A stretch of DNA of 64,000 nucleotides. Origin: Parachlamydiales bacterium (lineage in GTDB: Bacteria > Chlamydiota > Chlamydiia > Chlamydiales > Rhabdochlamydiaceae). The notes under the pieces are model-generated. The model searched no databases and was not told the DNA's origin. It saw nothing but the letters and a program-made list of their open reading frames with translations. The position numbers and the translations under genes are program-made. The stretch is taken from contig PLXY01000006.1 in the NCBI GenBank assembly GCA_003153295.1, positions 219,829-283,828 on the forward strand, given 5' to 3'. Shown in pieces: positions 1 through 8,519 of this stretch; the stretch's first letter is position 1, and each line of letters begins with the position of its first letter.

Positions 1-767
1 CGTGAAATCTGCTCAGGAATGAGTTCTGAAAGAGTTGCAGGAAGGACCTCATCGAGAACTTTTCCTTCATGAAGTCGTTTAAAAAAGCTTCCGATATCGA
101 TCGCATTGTAAATTAAACTTCCTATAGCTTGATCGACAAAGAGAGATCTAAAAAGACTGCTCGAAGGAGACCTCCATAAATCCAAAAGAGTGAAAGCAAT
201 CAGACATTGAATAGTTTTAAAAGTATAACTGCCAAGCAGGTCATTTTTATTCCATAAGTTTTCTTTACTTCCATGTAAAAAGATCGCTGAAAATCCCCCT
301 AAAATAGCGCCAGCCAGACCGCCGATAAGACTTCCGGCCTTTGTTCCGAACATTTCTCCTGCTTGTCCCAGCATTTCAGAGGGACTGAAATAGGCTAAAA
401 TGATCATCATGGCAATGCCTAATGCGGCTGCGATGGCAGTACGCATCCAACTGGGATTTGACTGTCCGGCTTGATAAGCTGTTTTTGTGACTATAGCGCC
501 TGCAGCGACCGCCACTCCGTAACCCGTTACCCGTCCTAACTGCTTCATTGCAGTGCCGGCAATTTTACTCACGATTGCGGAACCCACAGCAGCACCTGAG
601 TAATAGCCGACATACTCTGCGATATTTTCTTTCGCGCTATAAGTTAAAGTCCTGCCAATCAAGCTATAGGCGATGTTTTTACACGTGGTAGTTGCCTTTT
701 GTACCATGCCCACGGCTGAAGTTGCTTTTGCCCACCAACTAGAAGAGCGTATTCCTGCAATTGTCAT
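1..767 (-). CDS. hypothetical Gly/Ala-rich multi-pass membrane protein (3' end runs off the window)
   Basis: Absent from the ORF track because it is open to the window edge. The reverse frame from ATG at 767-765 reads MTIAGIRSSSWWAKATSAVGMVQK... with no stop down to base 1. It has several hydrophobic G/A-rich segments (GVAVAAGAIV, AIAAALGIAMMIILAY, LIGGLAGAILGGF). Confidence 0.55.
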   Translation of the reverse strand, partial: MTIAGIRSSSWWAKATSAVGMVQKATTTCKNIAYSLIGRTLTYSAKENIAEYVGYYSGAAVGSAIVSKIAGTAMKQLGRVTGYGVAVAAGAIVTKTAYQAGQSNPSWMRTAIAAALGIAMMIILAYFSPSEMLGQAGEMFGTKAGSLIGGLAGAILGGFSAIFLHGSKENLWNKNDLLGSYTFKTIQCLIAFTLLDLWRSPSSSLFRSLFVDQAIGSLIYNAIDIGSFFKRLHEGKVLDEVLPATLSELIPEQIS

Positions 768-793
768 ATTATCCTTATTATTATAATAACTAG

Positions 794-824
794 TATATCA
801 TATTAAAAATTTTAATATGATATA
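794..824. repeat. perfect 31-bp palindrome in an AT-rich divergent intergenic region
   Basis: TATATCATATTAAAA-A-TTTTAATATGATATA, with 15-bp arms. It lies between the divergent membrane-protein gene and the ATPase gene. Confidence 0.7.
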
Positions 825-932
825 AATCATGTTAATTTAACAAATTAAATAACTGATTATTGTTGAGTTATAAGTATTTGATGGCAAGTTGGTTGCATCT
901 AAATACCTGCTAATATCAGAAGTCGAAGATCC

Positions 933-994
933 GACTTTTCTGCAGTGGAATGCAGAAAAGTCTCGACTTTTTTGCAAAGCAATGCAAAATAGTC
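933..994 (+). promoter_or_regulatory. two tandem 30-bp palindromes immediately upstream of the AAA+ ATPase start codon (candidate operator or 5'-UTR hairpins)
   Basis: GACTTTTCTGCA-N6-TGCAGAAAAGTC (933-962, perfect) is followed 2 nt later by GACTTTTTTGCA-N6-TGCAAAATAGTC (965-994, 1 mismatch). The second palindrome ends 4 nt before the ATG at 999. Confidence 0.5.
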
Positions 995-998
995 AAGT

Positions 999-2120
999 AT
1001 GGATAGAGCTCAAAAAGAGGCAATTTTACGCGATTTATACAAGAAAATGGTTTTTCTCGCGGGTCCGCGCCAGGCTGGAAAAACAACACTTGCTAAGTCG
1101 ATAGCAGAAGATTTCAAATCTTCAGCCTATTTGACCTATGATCGTTTGGAAGATCGAAAAATCATCCTAAATGAGGGGTGGCTCCCTTCCACTGAACTTT
1201 TAATCCTCGATGAAATCCATAAAATGCCAAAGTGGAAAAATTTTCTGAAAGGTGTTTACGATACGAAACCTTCCCATCAAAAAATTCTCGTTACAGGCAG
1301 CGCACGTCTTGAAATTTTTAATCGAGTAGGCGATTCACTTGCAGGCCGCTTTTTCCTTCATCGACTCATGCCGCTATCTCCTCGTGAATGTGATTTAGTC
1401 CATATCCGCTATACACTGGATCGATTTTTAGAAAGAGGTGGTTTTCCAGAGCCCTTTTTAGCTGAAAATCTCATTGATGCCAATCGATGGCGGCTTCAGT
1501 ATGTAGACAGTTTACTTCGTATTGATGTACTGGATTTTGACAATATACAAAATTTAAACGCTATTCGATTGATTTTCGAAATGCTAAGAGAAAGAGTAGG
1601 TTCTCCGATCTCGTATAACTCCATTGCCGAAGATGTTGGGGTATCTCCCAATACGGTAAAGAAATATATTCAAATTCTTGAGGCGCTATATATTGTTTTT
1701 CGAGTCACTCCATTCTCTCATAATATTGCCCGAAGTTTGCTCAAAGAACCTAAAATTTATTTCTTCGATACTGGTCTTGTAAAAGGGGATAATGGAAGTA
1801 TATTTGAGAATTTTGTCGCCACTTGCTTACTCAAGCATGTTTTCGCAAAAATCGATTATAAAGCTGAGAGCTATGATTTGAAATATTTACACACAAAAGA
1901 AAAGCATGAAGTCGATTTTGCTCTTGTCCGGGATAAAAAAATCGAAAGGATGATCGAAGTTAAATACGCAGACCATTCAATCAATCCAAGCCTTCGCTAC
2001 TTCTATGATAAATATCGGATTCCAGCTACTCAAGTTGTCAAAGAACTGAAACGTGAAAAAGTGGAACATGGCATTGAGATTGTGGAGGGGTTGAATTTTC
2101 TTCGAAGTTTGGAATTATAA
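999..2120 (+). CDS. AAA+ ATPase of the COG1373 type (AAA_14 plus DUF4143-like C-terminus with a PD-(D/E)xK-like motif)
   Basis: Walker A LAGPRQAGKTTLAK and Walker B LLILDEIH. An HTH-like segment is present (ISYNSIAEDVGVSPNTVKKYIQILE). The C-terminal HEVDFALV...IEVKY fits a D..ExK nuclease-like signature. Confidence 0.85.
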   Translation: MDRAQKEAILRDLYKKMVFLAGPRQAGKTTLAKSIAEDFKSSAYLTYDRLEDRKIILNEGWLPSTELLILDEIHKMPKWKNFLKGVYDTKPSHQKILVTGSARLEIFNRVGDSLAGRFFLHRLMPLSPRECDLVHIRYTLDRFLERGGFPEPFLAENLIDANRWRLQYVDSLLRIDVLDFDNIQNLNAIRLIFEMLRERVGSPISYNSIAEDVGVSPNTVKKYIQILEALYIVFRVTPFSHNIARSLLKEPKIYFFDTGLVKGDNGSIFENFVATCLLKHVFAKIDYKAESYDLKYLHTKEKHEVDFALVRDKKIERMIEVKYADHSINPSLRYFYDKYRIPATQVVKELKREKVEHGIEIVEGLNFLRSLEL

Positions 2121-2843
2121 AAAGTCTAACAAAAGAGGGCAGTGGTCCGAGACTTCATCCTTTAAAACTTGAAAATGATGAATCTTGATTTCAGGAGAAG
2201 TGAAAATATAGTCAGCGAATTTTTCTTCCTTAGGATACCAGCTTGTCCGAGTTGATGTGATGTTATAGGTCTGAATCAGATTTTCCATTCCAGCTTCGAG
2301 GATTTTGATGCTTGTAGTATCGGGTCTTAAATTAAAATCTCCGCAGAGAATTTTAGGAGAGGGAATGGCATCCATGAACTCTCTAATTCTTTCAGACTGG
2401 ATGATTCTTTCCGGAGCATCTGTTTTACCTTTTCCATTCCATAGCCCATGCACATTCATAATCGTATGGTCTTGACCTTGGATACGGCATTTCACCCACT
2501 GCAAATTTCTCGAATGAGTAGGACCAATTCCTCCATAATGCGGATTGTCAAAAATACCGATCTCGCCTTCTTCCAAAACGTCGATCTCTTTTTTGATCAA
2601 CATTCCGATCCCATAGGCGTTGTCGACAACAGGTCTGAAAAATGCGCGGTGCCCAGGAAGTAATACTTGTAATTCGGAAAAAATATTTAAATAGACCGCT
2701 CTTTTCTCATCTGAGACTCTCCTAGAGGCATTATGATAGACCTCTTGGAAACAAAAGATATCGATGTCTTGATGAGAAGCGATAAATTCTAAGAGGGGAT
2801 CTCGGACATGTCCGCCCCAGATATTGAGCGTGAGGAGCTTCAT
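2115..2843 (-). CDS. endonuclease/exonuclease/phosphatase (EEP) family protein
   Basis: MKLLTLNIWGG..., FCFQEV, GDFNLRPDT and a C-terminal SDHCPLLLDF are classic EEP motifs. The start was chosen at the internal ATG (2843) that overlaps the stop of the upstream small ORF (TAATG). The track ORF extends to 2879. Confidence 0.8.
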   Translation of the reverse strand: MKLLTLNIWGGHVRDPLLEFIASHQDIDIFCFQEVYHNASRRVSDEKRAVYLNIFSELQVLLPGHRAFFRPVVDNAYGIGMLIKKEIDVLEEGEIGIFDNPHYGGIGPTHSRNLQWVKCRIQGQDHTIMNVHGLWNGKGKTDAPERIIQSERIREFMDAIPSPKILCGDFNLRPDTTSIKILEAGMENLIQTYNITSTRTSWYPKEEKFADYIFTSPEIKIHHFQVLKDEVSDHCPLLLDFL

Positions 2844-2992
2844 TACGTTCTGCAACCGCAGGTGGTCTGACATCCGCAATGCTCTTCTGTTTCAAGGCAC
2901 GTCGGTTTGCAGACACAGTCAGGATCCGGACAGCGGGATTTGCATGAAGTCATACTGACCAAGAGGATCAAAGAAAAAATAATCTTTTGCAT
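2843..2992 (-). CDS. candidate small cysteine-rich lipoprotein (49 aa, below the ORF-track cutoff)
   Basis: Hand translation gives MQKIIFSLILLVSMTSCKSRCPDPDCVCKPTCLETEEHCGCQTTCGCRT. It has a signal-peptide-like N-terminus with a lipobox-like MTSC. The predicted 33-aa mature part has 10 Cys, including three CxC pairs. Its stop overlaps the EEP start (TAATG). Confidence 0.4.
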   Translation of the reverse strand: MQKIIFSLILLVSMTSCKSRCPDPDCVCKPTCLETEEHCGCQTTCGCRT

Positions 2993-3067
2993 ATAGATCT
3001 AACCATAAAAGAATGAAGGCATTAATGAAAACTGAAAGTTGTTTTTGTAGAGTCAAAAATAACCTAA

Positions 3068-3098
3068 TTGACCCTCACGTAACGTGATGCTTTATATT
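3068..3098 (+). promoter_or_regulatory. MerR-type promoter with a 19-bp spacer and an embedded palindromic operator
   Basis: TTGACC (3068-3073), a 19-bp spacer containing TCACGT-A-ACGTGA, then TATATT (3093-3098). It sits 46 bp upstream of the MerR gene start. The same architecture recurs at 24591. Confidence 0.55.
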
Positions 3099-3143
3099 GG
3101 GAATATCCTTTAAAATCAAAGGGATATTAGAGGAGTAAAATCG

Positions 3144-3914
3144 ATGGCTTATACGGTTAAAAAATTAGCTAAGATCTCAGGAGTTAGCATCCGGACTCTT
3201 CATTATTATGATGAGATCGGTCTTCTGAAACCCGCTTACCATGGATCCAATGGTTACCGGTTCTATGAAGAAGAGCAACTCTTGATTTTGCAGCAGATCC
3301 TTTTCTTTCGAGAGCTTGGCTTTGAATTGAAACAAATCCAAAAGGTCATCGGAAGAAAGGATTTTGATAAGATCGCAGCTTTAAGTTCTCATCGACAAGT
3401 TTTGCAAAAAAACTTAGTGAGAACCAAAGAGCTGATTAAGACCATCGATAAAACGATAAAACACTTAAAAGGAACACAAAAAATGAAAGAAGAAGATTTA
3501 TACTGTGGTTTCATTACCAAAGAACAGCAAGCCGAATATTTGACATATTTAAAAAACCGGTTCGGGAAAGACCATCCTTACTTTGCCGAAGCGGAAAAAA
3601 ATGTCAAAAATTGGACTAAAGCGGATTTGGAGCATTATAAAAAAGAATCTGATGCTGACATGAAAGCGCTGGCAAAACTCATGGAAAGCCAAGTTTCTCC
3701 TGGTTCTCTAGAAGTGCAAGCACTAGTCAATAAACTGTATCAATGGGTTAAAGGATTCTGGACACCCAATAAGGAGTCTTTTATTGAACTCGGTCAGATG
3801 TATACCGAATTAGAATGGAAAAAGTTCTTTGGAAGGTATGATGACCATCATCCGCGCCTGGCAAAGTTTTTAGCTAGCGGGATGAAGATATTCGCAGAAC
3901 GTGAATTGAATTAA
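3144..3914 (+). CDS. MerR family transcriptional regulator with a TipAS-like C-terminal domain
   Basis: The N-terminus MAYTVKKLAKISGVSIRTLHYYDEIGLLKPAYHGSNGYRFYEEEQL is a canonical MerR HTH. The long C-terminal helical domain resembles TipAL/Mta-type regulators. Confidence 0.9.
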   Translation: MAYTVKKLAKISGVSIRTLHYYDEIGLLKPAYHGSNGYRFYEEEQLLILQQILFFRELGFELKQIQKVIGRKDFDKIAALSSHRQVLQKNLVRTKELIKTIDKTIKHLKGTQKMKEEDLYCGFITKEQQAEYLTYLKNRFGKDHPYFAEAEKNVKNWTKADLEHYKKESDADMKALAKLMESQVSPGSLEVQALVNKLYQWVKGFWTPNKESFIELGQMYTELEWKKFFGRYDDHHPRLAKFLASGMKIFAERELN

Positions 3915-3921
3915 TCCACTT

Positions 3922-3965
3922 GGCAGCTAGCCGCAAGGCCAGCTGCCCTTTTCCCTATTTTTTGG
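3922..3965. terminator. bidirectional rho-independent terminator between convergent genes
   Basis: GGCAGCTAGCC-GCAA-GGCCAGCTGCC (11-bp stem, 1 mismatch) followed by CTTTTCCCTATTTTTT. Confidence 0.65.
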
Positions 3966-3991
3966 AAATGTAAAATTTTGGAAAAGAAAAG

Positions 3992-5320
3992 TCATCTATT
4001 TAGAGGCTTTTGAACTATTTTAAAATAAATATAAGAGACGCTAATTCCCAGACCCACGAGTGTAAAATCTTGGAGGGAAGGAGAAAGAATTCTTTTTTTA
4101 ATCGAGCGAAAAAAGGAAAGAGCAAGCTTCTTCATCTTATGTAAAGTCAGAGTCCAGATCACTTGAATCCTTTTTTTGCTCTCAAATGCCCAAAAGAAAG
4201 TAAAAAAATTAGGATTAGCTCCGTGCTTGATTAACAATTTAATTTTTTCAACAGGAAGATAATCACTGCTTGCGGCCCCATCTATCACTTTCTTATACGC
4301 GAATGGTGAGAAGGCCGCGCGGGGGCTTACACAATAAGACAGATGGATATAGCCGTTTCTCTTTAATAATTCCTCACCAACTTCAAGAGATTTGCTTCTA
4401 TAAGCCCAAATATAGATGGAATTCAAGCCATACTCGTTAGCGTAATTGATCTCAGCTCCTCCATCAATAAACCTTTTAATTTGATTCCATGTCGCCTTTT
4501 CCCAATCTATCTTATGCAAAGCAGTGCGTCCCAAAGAATCAGTACAATCGATATCTGCACCTAGCTCTAGTAGTGCATTAAGCATTGCTTCCGAAGCGTT
4601 GCATATTTCACTTTGCGTATAGATATGGCCCTTAAAAGAAGCCGGAATCTTTGGCCCTTGACCTTCGCAGCGCAAAATTTTAAGCGTGGAAAACTGCTTA
4701 GGATCAATTTGATGAACTGGATGATGGGTATGGTTCTCATGCGTACAGTCACTGAAGTCCGCATGTTGTAAATTAGGACAAAAAGGAAAGTTTATAAATG
4801 ATGTATGAGCGAGGCTTAAGCTGATCAGGGACTTTGTACATGACAGTTCGGGAACAGGAAAAGAACCAATAAAACGAGACAGATCTAATTTTTCTAATTG
4901 AGAAAACCGACAAAGAACTGCGGCTAATTTCGGACGGTCTTCCTCTTTCGCGTAACCATAGCGGTAGCTAAGTTTTTTGAGATTTGCAGGCGCCGCAGCT
5001 AAAATAGAAAGGGCATAGCCCGTGTTAAATAAGCCATCTAAAGAAAGGTGGGTAAGATGATTGAAATCGCCCTCTTGTAAACCTATAACGAGTTTCTTGA
5101 TGTACCGCTCATCCGCATCAGATCCGACAGTAATGCGTAAATGAACGACGCGGCCTCTCCAAGCCTTGTGCCAGGTATTGTTGACGAGTGGGATTGCTTT
5201 TTCAAGAGGGCTAATGAAAGAAAGGATAAGCTTAAACAAATCCGTATAGTAATATTTCTGATTGTTGGGCAGATAAAAAGGTACTATTGTGGAGTGATGT
5301 GGCAGAGCTGTTAATGCCAT
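3992..5320 (-). CDS. eukaryote-like F-box / leucine-rich-repeat / ankyrin-repeat protein with a C-terminal TM segment (candidate effector)
   Basis: The N-terminal LFKLILSFISPLEKAIPLVNNTWHKAW resembles the F-box consensus. LRR-like units are present (LTHLSLDGL, LKKLSY, LEKLDLSRF, LISLSLAHT). ANK-like segments are present (LNALLELGADIDCTDSLGRTALHK, LLIKHGANPN). The hydrophobic C-terminus is FTLVGLGISVSYIYF. Confidence 0.6.
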   Translation of the reverse strand: MALTALPHHSTIVPFYLPNNQKYYYTDLFKLILSFISPLEKAIPLVNNTWHKAWRGRVVHLRITVGSDADERYIKKLVIGLQEGDFNHLTHLSLDGLFNTGYALSILAAAPANLKKLSYRYGYAKEEDRPKLAAVLCRFSQLEKLDLSRFIGSFPVPELSCTKSLISLSLAHTSFINFPFCPNLQHADFSDCTHENHTHHPVHQIDPKQFSTLKILRCEGQGPKIPASFKGHIYTQSEICNASEAMLNALLELGADIDCTDSLGRTALHKIDWEKATWNQIKRFIDGGAEINYANEYGLNSIYIWAYRSKSLEVGEELLKRNGYIHLSYCVSPRAAFSPFAYKKVIDGAASSDYLPVEKIKLLIKHGANPNFFTFFWAFESKKRIQVIWTLTLHKMKKLALSFFRSIKKRILSPSLQDFTLVGLGISVSYIYFKIVQKPLNR

Positions 5321-5350
5321 AGTTTGGCATATTTTATAGTGGAAAAATTC

Positions 5351-6508
5351 TTAAAAAAGAACATCCTTAATTTTCCCCCCCATACCTAGCAGCCTTTCTT
5401 GCGGTTCATTGGAAAATACAAACCGCACGTATTTAGCTGCAGTTTCTCCCCAGCCGATCATAGGTGTGGTGGCGATTTTTGCTTCTTTAAATAACTTTTC
5501 TGTAGCTTCCTGCGATGTCATACCCAATGCCTCTGCATCCATTAATAACGACCATCCTCCATGAGGAGGAATGACCGGAAGCCCTTCTAGCTCCTGCAGC
5601 AAAGTATTGCGTCTTTGCTCCCAGATTTGAAGAGCCTCTTCGAGTCCATCATCTACAGCATTAAGTCCTGCAGCCACTCCTGCCATGCTGATCCCAGTCT
5701 GGCAGACGACATTGGAGATGCTCACGAGTCCAATATCATTCATAATATTCTCGGGTCCGACGACCCAGCCGACACGCCAACCGATCATGCGCAGCTCTTT
5801 AGAAGCGGCTCCGACCGTGATAGTCCGCTCTTTTAGATGAGGTAACGAGGCTGGATGAATCACAGAGCGGCCGTCATAAAGAATCCGTTCCATTGCTGCA
5901 TCATACAAAAGCCAGGCATCTGTTTGATGGATTACCCTTGCGACTGCTTCCCATTCAGTTAGAGTTAGCACATGGCCTGTCGGCATGCCGGGGCTGATGA
6001 CGACCATCTTTGTATGGGGAGAAGCGGCCCGCTCAAGCGCTTCAGTATCTAATCGCCATCCGGCAGATGAGGGGATTAGGGGAACAAAGACGGTTATGCC
6101 TCCAGCCATCCGAATCCGATTAATAATGCCTGCATAGGTCGGGTCGGTGACAATCACTTCATCACCGGGCTCAAGAGTGGCAAGGAGGCAGTTCAAAATG
6201 CCTGACATGCCTCCGGCGGTGATGATGCATTGAGTTTTCCAATTGTATGGAGTGCCGCTGACGCGCGATACCCTTTTTGCGGCGGCTTTTCTTAGCTCAT
6301 CCTGGCCCAAGAAGGGCAAATAACTATTATTCTCATCTAAATCGATTCCTTGGCGTGTTATTTCGATGGCAATTTTCGGCGGAGGGATATCGGTATCGAG
6401 ATTTTCAAGGCGTAAGATTTCGGGATCCTGGGCTGCATCTGCTGCATTTCCCATACGATCGACACCGATACCGGGAACCTGGGCAAGCCTTGATACGCGT
6501 TTGAACAT
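5351..6508 (-). CDS. class I/II PLP-dependent aminotransferase
   Basis: Motifs include NNSYLPFLGQDELR, TAGGMSGI, LLYDAAMERILYDG and the PLP-lysine region GAASKELRMIGWRVGW. The start was chosen at MFKRVS; the track ORF extends to 6541. Confidence 0.85.
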   Translation of the reverse strand: MFKRVSRLAQVPGIGVDRMGNAADAAQDPEILRLENLDTDIPPPKIAIEITRQGIDLDENNSYLPFLGQDELRKAAAKRVSRVSGTPYNWKTQCIITAGGMSGILNCLLATLEPGDEVIVTDPTYAGIINRIRMAGGITVFVPLIPSSAGWRLDTEALERAASPHTKMVVISPGMPTGHVLTLTEWEAVARVIHQTDAWLLYDAAMERILYDGRSVIHPASLPHLKERTITVGAASKELRMIGWRVGWVVGPENIMNDIGLVSISNVVCQTGISMAGVAAGLNAVDDGLEEALQIWEQRRNTLLQELEGLPVIPPHGGWSLLMDAEALGMTSQEATEKLFKEAKIATTPMIGWGETAAKYVRFVFSNEPQERLLGMGGKIKDVLF

Positions 6509-6617
6509 AAACACCTCCAATTTTCCTAAAAACAATAACATTCCATACTTGATTTCGTCAATTTGTAAAAAATAGACATAATGTCTAAACTATGGTAAGA
6601 TATATACAGAGGAAAAT

Positions 6618-7241
6618 ATGAGAAAAAATGAATTTACACAGCTTTGGAAACAGTATGAGCCGTTGATAAAAGCGGTTGTGGAGCTTTTCCATCCTTTCGT
6701 TGAAGCTGCAGTCCATGACCTTGAAAAGGGGAAGGTCGTCGCCATCTATCACAACATCTCCCAAAGAAAAATCGGAGATAAATCTCCTCTCAAAGAACTC
6801 AAAGTAAATACACAGGATTTTCCTGATTATTTTACCCCGTATTACAAAAATAATTGGGACGGACGACCTCTTAAATGCACATCAATTACTCTTCGAGATA
6901 AAAAAGGGAAGGCAGTAGGTCTGATCTGTATCAATGTCGACACGAGCTTTGTCCACGATGCTCATCGTGTGCTAGATGCATTTCTTAAAACGAAAGAGGA
7001 AGCTGAAAATCCCATCGAGATATTTGGAGCCCACTGCGAAGATCAAGCAATGGCCTTTTTACAACAATATCTAGAAGAAAAAAACATCTCTCTGAATTTT
7101 CTCAATCGAGAGCAAAAAAAAGAAGTCGTCCAGCATTTATATCAGAAGGGGATCTTTAATTATAAAAGCGCAGCCCCGTTCATTGCTAAAAAACTCAATA
7201 TTTCCCGCGCCAGCGTCTATAACTACATTAAACAACTCTGA
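6618..7241 (+). CDS. YheO/DauR-like transcriptional regulator (PAS-like domain plus C-terminal HTH)
   Basis: Collinear with E. coli YheO as recalled: YEPLIKAVVELFHPFVEAAVHDL, GLICINVD, HLYQKGIFNYKSAAPFIAKKLNISRASVYNYIKQL. Confidence 0.75.
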   Translation: MRKNEFTQLWKQYEPLIKAVVELFHPFVEAAVHDLEKGKVVAIYHNISQRKIGDKSPLKELKVNTQDFPDYFTPYYKNNWDGRPLKCTSITLRDKKGKAVGLICINVDTSFVHDAHRVLDAFLKTKEEAENPIEIFGAHCEDQAMAFLQQYLEEKNISLNFLNREQKKEVVQHLYQKGIFNYKSAAPFIAKKLNISRASVYNYIKQL

Positions 7242-7247
7242 GGGTTT

Positions 7248-7718
7248 ATGAAAAATTCTTCGCAGCGTATCCAGGACATCTTAAATCAACAGGGACTCGA
7301 TCTAAAAGTGATCGAATTCAAAGAGCTAACGCGGACCTCTCAAGAAGCAGCAACTGCTATCGGTTGCGAAGTGGGACAAATTGCAAAGACACTCATCTTC
7401 AAAACTAAAATTACTGAAAGACCTATTTGTATAATCGTCAGCGGAAAGAATCGAGTCGATGAGAAAAAAATTGTCTATTACATTGGAGAGGAAATAGAAA
7501 AGCCGGATGCAGAATTCGTACTGCAGCATACAGGGTTTGCCATCGGAGGAGTACCTCCTATTGGATATCAGTTCGATCTAAAACCTCTGATCGATGAAGA
7601 TTTAATGGCTTATCCAGAGATATGGGCTGCAGCAGGTACGCCTCATTCTGTTTTCCGGCTGACACCCGAAGATTTGTTAAAGATGACAGAGGGGCAGATT
7701 GTCAATATCCGAAAATAA
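7248..7718 (+). CDS. YbaK/EbsC-type aminoacyl-tRNA editing (deacylase) domain protein
   Basis: TSQEAATAIGCEVGQIAKTLIFKT and GFAIGGVPPIG are typical of the YbaK/ProRS-associated domain. Confidence 0.7.
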   Translation: MKNSSQRIQDILNQQGLDLKVIEFKELTRTSQEAATAIGCEVGQIAKTLIFKTKITERPICIIVSGKNRVDEKKIVYYIGEEIEKPDAEFVLQHTGFAIGGVPPIGYQFDLKPLIDEDLMAYPEIWAAAGTPHSVFRLTPEDLLKMTEGQIVNIRK

Positions 7719-8279
7719 TCAGTGGCGCCAGCAATCGATCAGATGATCATTGACCAATCCGACGGCTTGCATAAAAGCGTAGATGATCGTAGGGCCGACA
7801 AAGGTCATGCCCCGTTTCTTGAGATCTTTGGATAAGGCGTCGCTCTCAGCGGTACTTACAGGAACGTTTTTAAAAGATTTCCATTTGTTTTTCAGCGGTT
7901 TGCCTTTAACAAAGGCCCACACGTATTTGTCAAAGGAACCAAATTCTTCCTGAATTTTTAGAAATACCCGAGCATTCTGACGGGCAGCATAGATCTTCAA
8001 CCGATTCCGAATGATCTCTTCATTATGCCGCTGCTTTTCTAGTTCCTTATCTGTCATTGAAGCGACTTTGACAGGATCGAATCCATGAAAAGCTTTCCGG
8101 TATCCTTGCCGTCTTTTGAGGATAGTCTCCCAACTTAATCCTGCCTGCGCTCCTTCCAGAATCAGCATTTCAAATAGATGCCGATCGTCATGCACAGGAA
8201 TACCCCACTCTTTATCATGATACTCCGCGTAAAACTCTTTACCTGGCTGATCTCCAAAACATCTTTTTCTTTTAGACAT
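7719..8279 (-). CDS. tag: DNA-3-methyladenine glycosylase I
   Basis: YHDKEWGIPVHDDRHLFEMLILEGAQAGLSWETILKRRQGYRKAF, plus a C-terminal HLIDC Zn-snap region. Confidence 0.9.
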   Translation of the reverse strand: MSKRKRCFGDQPGKEFYAEYHDKEWGIPVHDDRHLFEMLILEGAQAGLSWETILKRRQGYRKAFHGFDPVKVASMTDKELEKQRHNEEIIRNRLKIYAARQNARVFLKIQEEFGSFDKYVWAFVKGKPLKNKWKSFKNVPVSTAESDALSKDLKKRGMTFVGPTIIYAFMQAVGLVNDHLIDCWRH

Positions 8280-8519
8280 GCATCCTGCTTTTTTAAGCGT
8301 TCATTATTTACCAATAGGCGATTCTCTGAAAGTCCGTTTACATAACTTATCGTCATCTATTTCGATCAGTATAACGTTATGCCACCAGGAGATATTTAAA
8401 CAAAAATCAGGAAGAGTTTCTAATTGTCGCGCAGCTTGCGCGACAATTGCATAAGCTAGATAGAATGATCTCATGTAAAAGAAGTTAGATCTAGAAAATC
8501 TTTAGCTCTGGTAAAGCAT

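Noticed and set aside
889-1104. A 71-aa plus-strand ORF overlapping the tandem palindromes and the ATPase start.
   Set aside because: It overlaps the well-supported ATPase gene out of frame, and most of it is made of palindromic non-coding sequence.
8422-8448. A perfect 12-bp-stem hairpin, AATTGTCGCGCA-GCT-TGCGCGACAATT, between ada and tag, considered as a terminator.
   Set aside because: No U-tract follows it on the transcribed (minus) strand. It may still be structural or regulatory, but I cannot support a terminator call.
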